A program made the position numbers and the translations under genes. Below the pieces are notes generated by a model that was given only the letters and a program-made list of their open reading frames with translations, ran no database searches and had not been told where the DNA came from. This document shows, piece by piece, positions 1-11,265 of a stretch of DNA of 64,000 bases; position 1 is the stretch's first letter, and each line of letters starts with the position of its first letter. This DNA is from Antedon mediterranea. Lineage: Eukaryota > Animalia > Echinodermata. The stretch lies in the NCBI RefSeq assembly GCF_964355755.1, contig NC_092670.1, forward strand, positions 12,324,795-12,388,794, given 5' to 3'.

Positions 1-1067
1 TATAGACAATTAACTGAAGATGTACTGCGAAGCTTTTTGACAATGTCAGATCCGCGTAGCGTAAGTTACGCGCGATTTTCTGAAAATCTTAAATCGGTCA
101 TAACTTCGAAACCGATAAATATTTTTTAACGAAATTTTCAGCCACGTTTTCTTCACATCAATGGCTAACTTTTTCGCTCTTCAGCAAATTTTTGAACACT
201 AGAAAGTCTGCGCGTAAACTGCGTTTGAAATTTTAAAATGCTCCTAATTTGTGCACGCTGTTTCTCTGTAACGCGTTAACATAACATTTTGTAACTTGTT
301 CAACATATAGACATTTTACTGAAGTTGTCCAGCCAAGCTTTTTGACGATGTCAGAGCCGCGTAGCGTAAGTTACGCGTGATTTTCTGAAAATCTTAAATT
401 GGTTATAACTTCGAAACAAATGAATATTTTTTAACGTCATTTTCAGCCACGTTTGCTTCACATCAATAGTTAACTTTTTTAACGCTATCGCAATTTGTAA
501 CATTAGAAAGTGCGCGCGTAAATGGCGTTTGAAATTTTAAAATGCTTCAAATCAATTTCTGATTAAATTAGAGCACGATTCAGGTCATTTTAAGCGTTTA
601 AAAAATTGCCACTGGTGCGCACATTTTTACGCGCGCACGGCGCAGGGAACAGGTATGAGCATTTCTTTTACACGATTTGTGTTTTTAAATCTTCTGTTAA
701 CAATTTTACGTTATTTTATTCACTTTTCAACTTTAAATGGCGTTCTACGAGCACGTTAAACATGACAGGTTGCGCACGAAAACGTCAACAAATTGTGAAA
801 ATGTTCCAAAATATGTCTACTTTTAAAAATGACACAGTTCATCAGAATGCAAGGTTACCCCCATTTTTTATTTTAATTTCTTGCAGTGTATGAATCATAG
901 GTCTGATTTATTATAGTGTTGAATGCTAAAACGTGTTTGATGGCTACATTATTTGCATATTAAATATAATTTTTGAAATATTTATCATCAAACAAACATA
1001 AACTTATTCAAAGAGCAAAACAATAAACATAACATTTATCTTTTTTCTTTACATGTTAATATATAAA

Positions 1068-1975
1068 ACTTGAAAGTATGTACTTTCATAAAATATCAGC
1101 GTTTAAAATTGTTGAAGATTTCATCATAGTAAAATTTATGATTTAAGTTTGATATGTAATAATCAACTTGCATCGAGGGGGTTCACGACATACCGAATGA
1201 ACGAGGACTCTTTCTTCGGATTTTCGTCAGCAGGTGGTCATATGGCTCGATGTGTAATGCAACCGACTTTGGTATCAGAGGTACCGGGTTCGAGTCCCGT
1301 CACGGGAAAACAATTAATTAAAAGGGTTTAGTTGGTTATTACACTGAGAGGGCAGTTTTAATTTTGAATAGTCACAACTGAAAAGTACTTGAATGCGCAA
1401 GATACGCACTTTTGTAATGTGTCACTGTTTAAAATTTGTGAAGATTTCTTCATAGTTAAAATTATGATTTAGTTTGATATGTAATAATCAACTTGCATCG
1501 AGGGGTGTTCACGACATACCGAATGCACGAGGACTCTTTCTTCGGATTTTTTTCGGCAGGTGCTCATATGGCTCGATGTGTTAGTGCAACCGAATTTGGT
1601 ATCAGAGATACCGGGATCAAATTCCATCACGGGAAAACATTTAAATAAAATGATATAAAAATAACAATTGTTTTGTAAGCGTGAAACAATAAACGTAGTT
1701 TTTCCCGTCAATATTATTTTATAAAAACTTGAAAGTATGTACTGTCACAATATGTGACTTTTTTATTTTGTTGAAAATGCCATCATAGTATAAATCATGA
1801 TTTAATTCGGTATGTAATAATCTATTTCCATCAAGGGGTTCATGACATAGCAAATGGACAAGGAATCTTTCTTCGTGACATATGTAACGGGTGTCCTTAT
1901 GGCTCGATGTGTAGTGCCACCGACTTTGCTATTAGCCGCACAGGGATCGAATCCCAGCATGGGAAACAACGTTAA
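1068..1975 (+). repeat. Three tandem diverged copies of a ~250-340 bp module containing a tRNA-like segment (Helentron left arm)
   Basis: GAAGATTTCATCATAGT..TTCACGACATACCGAATG..ATGGCTCGATGTG..GGGTTCGAGTCCC recurs at ~1070, ~1410 and ~1730. Confidence 0.8.
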
Positions 1976-2378
1976 AACATAAGTTTGTTTTTTTAGTTAC
2001 ACCTGATGATGATATTTATGATGATCAAATAAAGATCGAAATGTTGAATCAAGGCTTGGCACTCTTTATTTGGATTTAGTTTTATGGTATGATATTTAAG
2101 TTGGACAGATTTTTCATTTCATTTTCAATTCATAAAAATAATAAAAGTAATTGAATGAAATATAAATATACTTGTATAGTTTGTAAAGGGACAGTATAAT
2201 ATTGAATGAGCTAATTTTTGAACAATTAATAAATGAAAACCCTTTATTAATATTTTTCACACTAGGTGGATAGTTAGTTTAGAAGGTTATTCGCAAATTT
2301 GAAATTAATGTAACCTAACTATTATTTTCGATCATGACATGTGATATAAACATTTAAGGTCATTTTGGAATATTCTAA

Positions 2379-5300
2379 TTAAAATTTAATTTGAATTGCC
2401 TCATGATAGCTATAATAAATTGGAATCACTTTGGCTTGTAATGAGTCTAGACATTTGCTATAAACATGATCAATTAATGTATTGTTTTCCGTAGTTGAAC
2501 ATGTAACATGCTGCTGGTACCCATTCTCTAACATTACATTATTGACTCTGGAAGTTTGTTTTAAAATATTTTCATTAAAGTCACCCATTATGACAGATTT
2601 TATATTTACCTGGTGTAACTTTTCCAATAGTTTCCTTAAATTTTGACAGAATTCATTGATGTCGTAGCTCGGAGGTCGATAAATCACTGATACAACAACT
2701 GAACTTGGACACGTTATTAAAAATGAAATTACTTCTATATCAATATTACATATGTCTAATCTACTAACAAATGTGTTTTTGGTATACACTGCGACGCCAC
2801 CATGAGCCTGATTTTTTAATTTTGAAGTTAGACGATTTTTATTAGAATACGAGTTATATCTTGCTTGTCGGTATAATTTATATGGGTCTATACTGAAGTC
2901 ATAAACATCTTCATCCTGACTTAACCATGTTTCAGTTAGACATATAATACTAGAATTCATAAACAACTGATTAGACTGAAGATCAACAAAATGTTGTTTT
3001 AGCCCTTGAATGTTATGTAACATTATGGAAAAATCGTAATCATGAACTTCTTTATCACAATGTAGGCCTACACATGAATCCATTTTATTTAAGCATATCT
3101 TTATTTTTGGATCACAATAAATCAGGTTAGGATTAAAATGTTCAATGGTAAGTCCAGATATTGAGGTAACACGACTTAAACCTACGTATGCTTGTCCAGG
3201 CAGAAACGTATTTTTAAGGCTAACTGATGCCTTATTCATTGTCATCCCTTGCACTTTATGAACTGTACATGCATAAGCTAATTTGAGAGGAAATTGTTTT
3301 CGGCTGTATTTGCTGCCAATAGATTCTTGAAACGCTTCAATTAACTGAATACCAATTTCATTATTGTCAAATTTCACTTTAATAGATATTGGTTTTGAGT
3401 TTTGATAATGTTTGGTTATTTCTTTAACATATCCCATACATCCATTTGTTAAGCCTTTTTTAACATCTACATTTTTAATCAACATCACTCTAGCATTAGG
3501 TGCAATCCACAAATAATTTAATAAATTAGTTTTACGTGATTTGCGAGGTATATCGCACTTTCTGTGTTCTTTTTTGCTGTTAACTACAATATCTTCTGCT
3601 TGAATGCATATAATATTCGTACAGGTTTTATGCAACATTTTCTTATTCCATTCATTAACTTGTTTATTACATGGGTATATATGAACGGCATCTTCACATT
3701 GTTCACCTGTTTCCCGTGATTTCAAAGTTAATAAATCTTTATCAGATAAACAGTAATTTTTTTCTTTTGTACGCAATTTGTTTAACAACAAAGCGAATTC
3801 GTTATCTTCCTTTTGTCTCATGATTTGATCTAATTGTATTTGTCTAAAGTTATCAATCCATAATGAGCCTTCCAATGTGTCTGTATACAAAGAACTCCCC
3901 ATCACAGGAGGTAACTGATAAAAATCACCTACTGCAATTACTGAAATGTTACCAAAAGGACTATCATTGCGTATTTGTTTTATTTGTCTTAATCTTCCGT
4001 GGATATACCAAAGTAACGTTTGATTTACCATTGATATTTCATCGATAATAACAATTTGCAACTGACCCAATTGATTACGAAGTGCACTTATTTTTTCTTC
4101 CCCGAGTGGTTGATAAGGAAGTGAGATACAAATCGGAATAGACAACGCACTATGTATTGTTTTACCTTGAATATTATATGCTGCAATCCCCGTAGGAGCT
4201 AACTTTAATATTGAAAAATCGTCTGGATTCTCCATAATTTTACCAAGAATACGGGTTGCTTCATTATAAATACAATTTACTAAATGACTTTTACCAGTTC
4301 CTGCGCCTCCAGTTATAAAAGTGTAAAACGATTCAGGTGTTTTACCATTAACTTTGTCTAAGCACCATTGTCTTGTCTTGTAAAATATCTGTTGTTGTTT
4401 TTTATTTAAAGATCGAATCATTTTATTCAATTCGGGTCTTGAAATATAAGATGAATTGCACTCTATAGTAGATGATTTATTTTTTAGTCCAAAATCTGGA
4501 ATAAAAAATTCATTTTCTTTATCATCAATATCTACATTTGGTGTTGGATGATCTAATCTTTCTTTTTCAGTTTCTGGACATAATAGACCCCATGCATCTT
4601 CTTGTGGTCCAAATTTTGCTAAGAACTCTTGTGCGTCCTCAACATCATCAGCGCTTTTTTCATAGAGTTTCATGTTTCCTTGAACTATGATCTTTACTTT
4701 TTGCAATTGACTTCCACATAATTTGACAGATCCTTTTTCGTAGAATTGTTCAAAAGTTTGAAATTTCGGTGGTTTTAATTGTTTTTCTGCTCGAAATGGA
4801 AGAAATAATTGCAATATACTCAGAAAATATTTTTCTGATGCTGAATTTACAGGAAACCGAGGATATCGTACAATAGCATTTCCGGTTCTTGTTCTTTTCT
4901 GGATGAATCCTAAGTTGTTTTGTAAATGAAATACATTCTTCTTTTGTTTGTTTCCCTTCGTTTCAGATGAACTAATAATTCTATAGTTAGAGCAAAATGT
5001 TGCAAGACACATATTATTGAATTCAGAACTATGAGGGCGAGCTTTATATTTGTCAATTTTATTTGGCAACCATGGGCTTCTATCATCATCAGGTTTATTT
5101 TTAATTACGTTTAGTGGTAAACTCATTCTAACAGGATTAGGTCCTACAGGGATAAATTCAACTTTTCTTGAACATTCTTTTAACCTCAAACCACAGACAC
5201 GATAAACACTTTCTTGTGCAGACACTTCTCGATTATTCATATACACATGACCAAGTTTTCGTAAACTTTTTCCAACATCTTCATTTCCTTCTTTCATTTC

Positions 5301-8300
5301 TGATGCTGCATGAGATAACAGTAAGCCCATTTCCCGCTCAGATTTCGACATGTATGACACAAGGTAAATAATACATGCATATACATTTGTAATATACTGA
5401 ATATCCATATTAGCATTCCATGCTCTCAATAAGGAAGGATTATACTGATTTACCCACACATCTTGAGGGTTTCTCTTTATAACAATCTTTTCTTCAGTAG
5501 CTATACAATTATTTGCATCCTCAAATGCATTCTGTGTAATGCCTAAACTTTGAAAAAGTTCTTTTGCCTTTTGATACGTTTCTTCATTTGACACAGCATC
5601 TTTTACTTTTGTTAATAACTCTTTCGCCTGTTTAGTGGCATCCTTATCATCATTGTTTTTATCCACAATAAGCCTCATAACAAATGTTTTTTCAGAAGGT
5701 TGTCTAGGAAAATTAAATCTACAATTTGTTCCCTTTTTCTTACACGATTTCGAATGCTTTTTACTGTGAATCTGGACACTTGAAACAATTTCATTCATTT
5801 CAGGATCTACAATTTTGCATGGTACGGCACAAGAAATATACTTATCAACAAAATCAACAATTTTCTTATCTTCATCTAAACCAAAAACAGGAGCATTTTC
5901 GACCCACACTAACATATGAACATGTGGACTTCCTCTCATTTGAAATTCAATTCTGTAAAAATAATCTATAACTTTACCAATAGGATTTGCTTCAGACAAA
6001 ATTACTCTTTTCAAAAAAGTATGAAAGCGTTTGTCAAACATTCTGGCAACAGTCACTGGATTCGATTTTAGCAAATTACATTTGTCTGTCCATTCCAATT
6101 CATCGATATTTCGTTGGTCTCCTGTTTGACTTAATAAAGTCGTCATTATTTCTTTCCAGCGGAAATCTGCACTTGAAAATGAAAGAAAGAATGCTGGCTT
6201 GCCAATCTGTCTTACCATTGCTATTACATCTTTCTGTGTTGCTTGCCAGTAAGGCGGAGTTCCGCGTATTTGTTTTAAAAATTTATAACCCATATCAGAT
6301 TTCAAAATCTCCTCAATTTTGTTAGCATTTTTCAAATCAGATATAGTTAGTTTACTAAAATCATCCTTTTTACTCGACCCTTTTCGCAAAGCAATGGAAA
6401 TACTCGATAAAATTTGTTGAAGTTCATATATAGATTGAGCATAAAATATGAATTCTGTATTGTTTGCAAATCTGTTGTCTATATGCATTAATCTATTTTG
6501 TAAATAACGTCCAAGTGTTATTTTAACATCTCTAGCATCGTGGAATGTTGGTTGACCTGTTGGAAATAACACCGGGAATGATTTTGCTTCATTGCTTTCA
6601 TTACTTAACAATGCAATTGGACTATTGTTTTCACATGGTGCACAACAAATTATATCACGAAAATATTCATCAACCACATTTTGTCGTCTATCAACAGGTT
6701 GCAAACTTGTGTCAAAGGCAACACCACACAATCTGTCTTCTACTTCATCTTCGTCATTGTTTTCTACACAAGTCTGTTGATCTTCTACATTATCATTTGC
6801 ACTTTGAATGTTTTCTTTCGATAAGTAATTGTGCCATTTTTCATCAATAGCTACATCAAAATACCATTTGTTGTGATCTTGTAAATATTCTAGAGCTTGA
6901 ATAACATTGGTTGTGTTAACAAATTTGTATTTATAATAACCCTTGTAAGACAATTTTCGCTTCAATTTTACTGATATTAACTGATCATCGGCCTTTGGTC
7001 TAGGCAGTATTTTTACAGTTTCAATTGTATTTGATGGTACACATACAACTGGTCCATGTATCCCGTTCTGTCCGCCTTTCGGTAAATTCATTAATTTCAT
7101 AAAAGGAATATTTAATCCTATCAAATGTTGCTCTAAATTGTTTAAACTCTTTAATTCAGGAGGAATATCATGTAATTGTAAATTGTTTGAACTGGCTTCT
7201 GCGGGAACTTTGCCATGTAACATTTTTTTGTGGCATGTGAAACAAATCCATAAAAAACATCTTGGTGATTTATTACATTTATCGTTGCAAGTATGCAAAT
7301 ACTTTTCATTTATACATGTCCTATTTTCGTACTTAGCTTTGATGCACTTCATTACTTGATTTTTAAATAAAATTTTAAAGCATACACAACAAACATATTC
7401 AGGACCATGAGAAATTGTTTCTCTAAAGTTTTTCAAAACAAAATCAAACTTACACTTTTTTTGTTTCCGTATTTCACGATGCTTGATGCTTTTTTTCACA
7501 ACATTTTTTCGAAACCCTTCATCACCATGATACTTTTCTGTAAACCTTTGCTTACATTTTTGTTGAAATCTAGAATTACTGTGATATTTCTTTGTCAATT
7601 GTTGCCTCAAGTTTTCCCTGAATTTTGAATTATTGCGATACTTTGCTGCTAATTTTTGCCTCAAGTTTTCCCTGAATTTTGAATTATTGCGATACTTTGC
7701 TGCTAATTTTTGCTTCAAGTTTTGTCTAAATAGTAAATTATTGTGATACATCTTTTTTCTCCTTTTTTTTAAGTTTTGCCTAAATGTTTCATTTAATTTA
7801 TAATTTAGTACACTTTTAAATTTTTTGTTGGTTCGGTAACCACAATTATCGTTGTAATGTTGCCTCGTCTTACTTCGTATGTTAAGGTTATATACAGGTT
7901 CACATCTATACCGTTTCTGCTGTTTTTCTCTGTTTTCTTTTCTTTTTTGAATTTTATAATCATCCTCCTCATACTTTATTTTTTGGGCCTCTTTCATTTT
8001 ACGTTTCTTTTCTTCTCTGTATACAGAATCGGTTTGATATTTGTTTATTTTAGCATCTATTATGCTAGCATTTTCATTGAAACGTTTCATTCTCATTTGG
8101 ATTTTGTTGTTTTGTCTTTTAATTTGTTGAGATTGTTTTCTCTTTCTTCTTAATGTCTTTACTTCGTTATTAGAACAAAGTCCTGCAACATTTCTGTTCT
8201 GTTTTTGTTTTGGTTCTATAACGTCTTCCAGTGTGTCATGGCTCTGGTCTTTTATTCGTTTTCGTTTATTGCCAGATGTCATTACAGTCGCCTCTACATT

Positions 8301-11018
8301 TGAAAACGTTTTTTCCGAAGACGTATTCACATCAAGTTTTCTTGTTTCCTGAACACAATTTGAATTGATATCGACAGATTCCACTACATCAAAATGCACA
8401 TTGCCGGTGTACAGAATATACATACCGTTGTCAGTTGTAACATCATTTATTATTCCTGGCTTTTTGGCAGAAAACATTTGCCATGTCAAAAATTGATCAT
8501 TGAACGAATAAATATCTGTTTTAAGCAAGTTTGCCATCGCACTTATTTCAGTGTTAGAAGCCCATGTTCCATTATCCATAACTCTATTTTTAAATACATA
8601 TTCTTTAACGGTTCTAAATTCATGACTAAATGTATCGTTAAATATTTCATCAGTGTCCAATAAATGATTAACAATTGCTCTTCTTAAAATCAAATGATTA
8701 TTTTCCGTCCCAGATATAGTGTATGAAATCGCACGATAAAAACAATTACCATCACCAGTAATATGCTTAATCTGTAGAGGATGGCCAATATGACTCTCTC
8801 TGTTATTAACACTACATGAATGTTCAAAATTAATGCCTAACTTATTACATATGTGTTTCTTTTGTGCTTCTAAGAGTGGAACAAATTTAAAATTCTTGTC
8901 AGGTTTGTCTCCATATTCAACATTAACGATTTCAATGTCGCCATCCCCCTCTCTATTATGTGTTTGACCTTTAATTTTGGAATCAACATTTTTATCAGAT
9001 AATTTATACTGACAAGTACTAGGTGCATCAACATCGATATGTTTTGATCCTTTTTGTTCACAGTTATCATTTAACCTGATAGAAGAATCCATAGATTTAT
9101 TTTGAACATTTATCCCAGTCAGTTCAAACTCAGTGTGATGTAAATTACAATTCATTGACCTTGCTAATTTTATACAATAACTGTATACACATTGCCAAGA
9201 TGTACTGTAAACTAAAATGCTCTTTCCATGTCCACTAACACAACCAAATCGATCTCTTGCATGTGGATCAAATATAAGGAAACCATTTAAACGTTTAATT
9301 ATGGAGAATGTACTTCTATTGAAACTCATGAAACATGCATCATGTTGGTGTAATTCTTGTTCAAGAGCTTGATTTAATGACAAAGCGCCACACTCAGCCA
9401 TCAATTCGAAATCCCCATCTATAATGCCAAACACTGATTCACTGGGAAGGATTACAAATGTGTTATTCAAAATATCTAATTCGTTCGGCAGTTCAGAAAT
9501 CATCAAAAGGTCCTCATGCATAGTGGAATCTTTTTGAATGTAATAGTACAACTCATTTCCAAGAGTCAATATTTCGTCAAGATCAGTAGAGAAAAATTCA
9601 TTTCCATTTCTCATTGTTGAATAAAGAATAGCGACAAGACTATTTGGAACACACTGCTTACCACGTGAAAAGCCAAACCGAGAATCTCCTTGATTAAAAC
9701 TACCCTGTGCTAACACATTATTAGTAATACTCTTACAATGGTTGAACACACTTTTATTAATGTTAGCTTTATCATTTGACGGTGGAAGCTTCTCTATTTT
9801 TTTAATATCCTCATCTACAACATTTGTTGAAACGTTGATATCCAGAGTTTGATCAGTATTATTCAATTGCTTACTTTCACTTTTAGCTTTAATTTTTCCA
9901 TTGGATGTTTTTTGTTGTCCATTATCAATTATTAATGGGCCTACGTCTGAAAACTCATAATTTGCACATGTATTATTTTCATGATCTGTAACATCAAAAT
10001 CGTTATATGGTGTTATACTAGATTCATTCATTTCACTATTACTATTTGGTACATCACCAGCTTCTGTGTTACCGTAATATTCATTACATTTCATTTTACA
10101 ATTTTCGTCAGTTTTCATTTCTGAAATGTCGTTGTTGTCCGGAACAATATTTCTACTAACCTGTTCCATTTTATCGTCAAATTTTGAATTCAATTTCAAA
10201 CAATCATGTGATTGTTTCTTATTAAGAGTTTTACTTTTGACAAAACGACAACTCTTGTTCTTTAAACTCTGTGCTACAGTTACATTATTAGAAATGCTAC
10301 ATGGTTTTAAAAAACTTTTATTTGTATTACTTTTAACATTCAAACACAGAGTACTTTCTTTAATTGTATCATCAGATATATTGCATAGATGTGTTGAAAC
10401 TTTAATATCCATATTTTGATCACTATTATTTTGTTCACATTCATTTTTAGCTTTAGTATTCTGCCTAGTCTTTGCATTAGATGCGTTTGTCTGTCCCTCA
10501 ATTTTCAATTCACTTTTCTTTAATTCATGATCTGCAACACTACTACGGTCAAGTCTTTTACTTGGTGCTATCATATAACCAGTTGCTTTACTGTTTCCTT
10601 CTATATATTTCATTTCCTCATAGCTATTCAGTTTTAAACTGTCACTTTTCTCAGGAATGATATTTTCACCAACCTTTCCTGATTTATCGTGGTCTGATCG
10701 TGATTCTTTATTATTATGCTTTTTGGTTTTGACAAAACGACCCTTCTTGTCTCTTAAACGTTGTGAGCCACCACCACCGGAGAGTTGTTGTATTTCGTTT
10801 CTTGTTATACAATTCACAAAATTGCTTCTAAATGTCTTATTTACTTTAATATCATCTTCAATTGATTTGACATTACAAGTATTGACATCACATGTATTGA
10901 CAATTTTTTGCTTTTTAATATTAATTGCATCTTCTTTAATAACATTGTCACATAAACAGCATTCATAAAGTATGTTTAGTATATCATTAACTACTGTTAT
11001 GAATTCATACATATCCAT
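2379..11018 (-). CDS. Helentron Rep/helicase polyprotein: herpes-type (C76-like) cysteine protease, OTU protease, Zn finger, HUH Rep, PIF1 helicase, APE endonuclease
   Basis: Uninterrupted 2879-aa ORF. Motifs: QGSFNQGDSRFG..GKQC and IFDPH (~9715-9100); GDGNCFYRAIS..W..HFD (~8770-8375); CCVC/CFTCH; EFQMRGSPHVHMLVW (~5948-5905); YACIIYLVSYMSK; GGAGTGKS, IIDEISMV, GDFYQLPPV and TVHKVQG; NIQGL, LTETW, GDFN, IDHVY and YYSYH (~3030-2379). Confidence 0.95.
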   Translation of the reverse strand: MDMYEFITVVNDILNILYECCLCDNVIKEDAINIKKQKIVNTCDVNTCNVKSIEDDIKVNKTFRSNFVNCITRNEIQQLSGGGGSQRLRDKKGRFVKTKKHNNKESRSDHDKSGKVGENIIPEKSDSLKLNSYEEMKYIEGNSKATGYMIAPSKRLDRSSVADHELKKSELKIEGQTNASNAKTRQNTKAKNECEQNNSDQNMDIKVSTHLCNISDDTIKESTLCLNVKSNTNKSFLKPCSISNNVTVAQSLKNKSCRFVKSKTLNKKQSHDCLKLNSKFDDKMEQVSRNIVPDNNDISEMKTDENCKMKCNEYYGNTEAGDVPNSNSEMNESSITPYNDFDVTDHENNTCANYEFSDVGPLIIDNGQQKTSNGKIKAKSESKQLNNTDQTLDINVSTNVVDEDIKKIEKLPPSNDKANINKSVFNHCKSITNNVLAQGSFNQGDSRFGFSRGKQCVPNSLVAILYSTMRNGNEFFSTDLDEILTLGNELYYYIQKDSTMHEDLLMISELPNELDILNNTFVILPSESVFGIIDGDFELMAECGALSLNQALEQELHQHDACFMSFNRSTFSIIKRLNGFLIFDPHARDRFGCVSGHGKSILVYSTSWQCVYSYCIKLARSMNCNLHHTEFELTGINVQNKSMDSSIRLNDNCEQKGSKHIDVDAPSTCQYKLSDKNVDSKIKGQTHNREGDGDIEIVNVEYGDKPDKNFKFVPLLEAQKKHICNKLGINFEHSCSVNNRESHIGHPLQIKHITGDGNCFYRAISYTISGTENNHLILRRAIVNHLLDTDEIFNDTFSHEFRTVKEYVFKNRVMDNGTWASNTEISAMANLLKTDIYSFNDQFLTWQMFSAKKPGIINDVTTDNGMYILYTGNVHFDVVESVDINSNCVQETRKLDVNTSSEKTFSNVEATVMTSGNKRKRIKDQSHDTLEDVIEPKQKQNRNVAGLCSNNEVKTLRRKRKQSQQIKRQNNKIQMRMKRFNENASIIDAKINKYQTDSVYREEKKRKMKEAQKIKYEEDDYKIQKRKENREKQQKRYRCEPVYNLNIRSKTRQHYNDNCGYRTNKKFKSVLNYKLNETFRQNLKKRRKKMYHNNLLFRQNLKQKLAAKYRNNSKFRENLRQKLAAKYRNNSKFRENLRQQLTKKYHSNSRFQQKCKQRFTEKYHGDEGFRKNVVKKSIKHREIRKQKKCKFDFVLKNFRETISHGPEYVCCVCFKILFKNQVMKCIKAKYENRTCINEKYLHTCNDKCNKSPRCFLWICFTCHKKMLHGKVPAEASSNNLQLHDIPPELKSLNNLEQHLIGLNIPFMKLMNLPKGGQNGIHGPVVCVPSNTIETVKILPRPKADDQLISVKLKRKLSYKGYYKYKFVNTTNVIQALEYLQDHNKWYFDVAIDEKWHNYLSKENIQSANDNVEDQQTCVENNDEDEVEDRLCGVAFDTSLQPVDRRQNVVDEYFRDIICCAPCENNSPIALLSNESNEAKSFPVLFPTGQPTFHDARDVKITLGRYLQNRLMHIDNRFANNTEFIFYAQSIYELQQILSSISIALRKGSSKKDDFSKLTISDLKNANKIEEILKSDMGYKFLKQIRGTPPYWQATQKDVIAMVRQIGKPAFFLSFSSADFRWKEIMTTLLSQTGDQRNIDELEWTDKCNLLKSNPVTVARMFDKRFHTFLKRVILSEANPIGKVIDYFYRIEFQMRGSPHVHMLVWVENAPVFGLDEDKKIVDFVDKYISCAVPCKIVDPEMNEIVSSVQIHSKKHSKSCKKKGTNCRFNFPRQPSEKTFVMRLIVDKNNDDKDATKQAKELLTKVKDAVSNEETYQKAKELFQSLGITQNAFEDANNCIATEEKIVIKRNPQDVWVNQYNPSLLRAWNANMDIQYITNVYACIIYLVSYMSKSEREMGLLLSHAASEMKEGNEDVGKSLRKLGHVYMNNREVSAQESVYRVCGLRLKECSRKVEFIPVGPNPVRMSLPLNVIKNKPDDDRSPWLPNKIDKYKARPHSSEFNNMCLATFCSNYRIISSSETKGNKQKKNVFHLQNNLGFIQKRTRTGNAIVRYPRFPVNSASEKYFLSILQLFLPFRAEKQLKPPKFQTFEQFYEKGSVKLCGSQLQKVKIIVQGNMKLYEKSADDVEDAQEFLAKFGPQEDAWGLLCPETEKERLDHPTPNVDIDDKENEFFIPDFGLKNKSSTIECNSSYISRPELNKMIRSLNKKQQQIFYKTRQWCLDKVNGKTPESFYTFITGGAGTGKSHLVNCIYNEATRILGKIMENPDDFSILKLAPTGIAAYNIQGKTIHSALSIPICISLPYQPLGEEKISALRNQLGQLQIVIIDEISMVNQTLLWYIHGRLRQIKQIRNDSPFGNISVIAVGDFYQLPPVMGSSLYTDTLEGSLWIDNFRQIQLDQIMRQKEDNEFALLLNKLRTKEKNYCLSDKDLLTLKSRETGEQCEDAVHIYPCNKQVNEWNKKMLHKTCTNIICIQAEDIVVNSKKEHRKCDIPRKSRKTNLLNYLWIAPNARVMLIKNVDVKKGLTNGCMGYVKEITKHYQNSKPISIKVKFDNNEIGIQLIEAFQESIGSKYSRKQFPLKLAYACTVHKVQGMTMNKASVSLKNTFLPGQAYVGLSRVTSISGLTIEHFNPNLIYCDPKIKICLNKMDSCVGLHCDKEVHDYDFSIMLHNIQGLKQHFVDLQSNQLFMNSSIICLTETWLSQDEDVYDFSIDPYKLYRQARYNSYSNKNRLTSKLKNQAHGGVAVYTKNTFVSRLDICNIDIEVISFLITCPSSVVVSVIYRPPSYDINEFCQNLRKLLEKLHQVNIKSVIMGDFNENILKQTSRVNNVMLENGYQQHVTCSTTENNTLIDHVYSKCLDSLQAKVIPIYYSYHEAIQIKF
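7600..7725 (-). repeat. 54-bp in-frame tandem repeat in RepHel (18-aa LRQKLAAKYRNNSKFREN)
   Basis: Near-perfect duplicate of CAAGTTTTCCCTGAATTTTGAATTATTGCGATACTTTGCTGCTAATTTTTGC, with more degenerate copies on either side. Confidence 0.9.
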
Positions 11019-11265
11019 TATGCCTTCCCTTGTTTTTTCAATTCCTATGACAATTAATCTATGTATTCTAAAATTTCAATAATAATAATATTTAATATAA
11101 TAATTAAGTTCTTCTTCTCTTTATTCAAACGTTGAGGAAATACTTTCTTTAAAGTATTCTTATATTATAAATACAATTCTAAGATTATATTCTGATTTAA
11201 TCTATAATTACAATTTTATTTTTTGATTAATTTATTTGTTTAGCTATGTTCACAAATTTTGTTTC

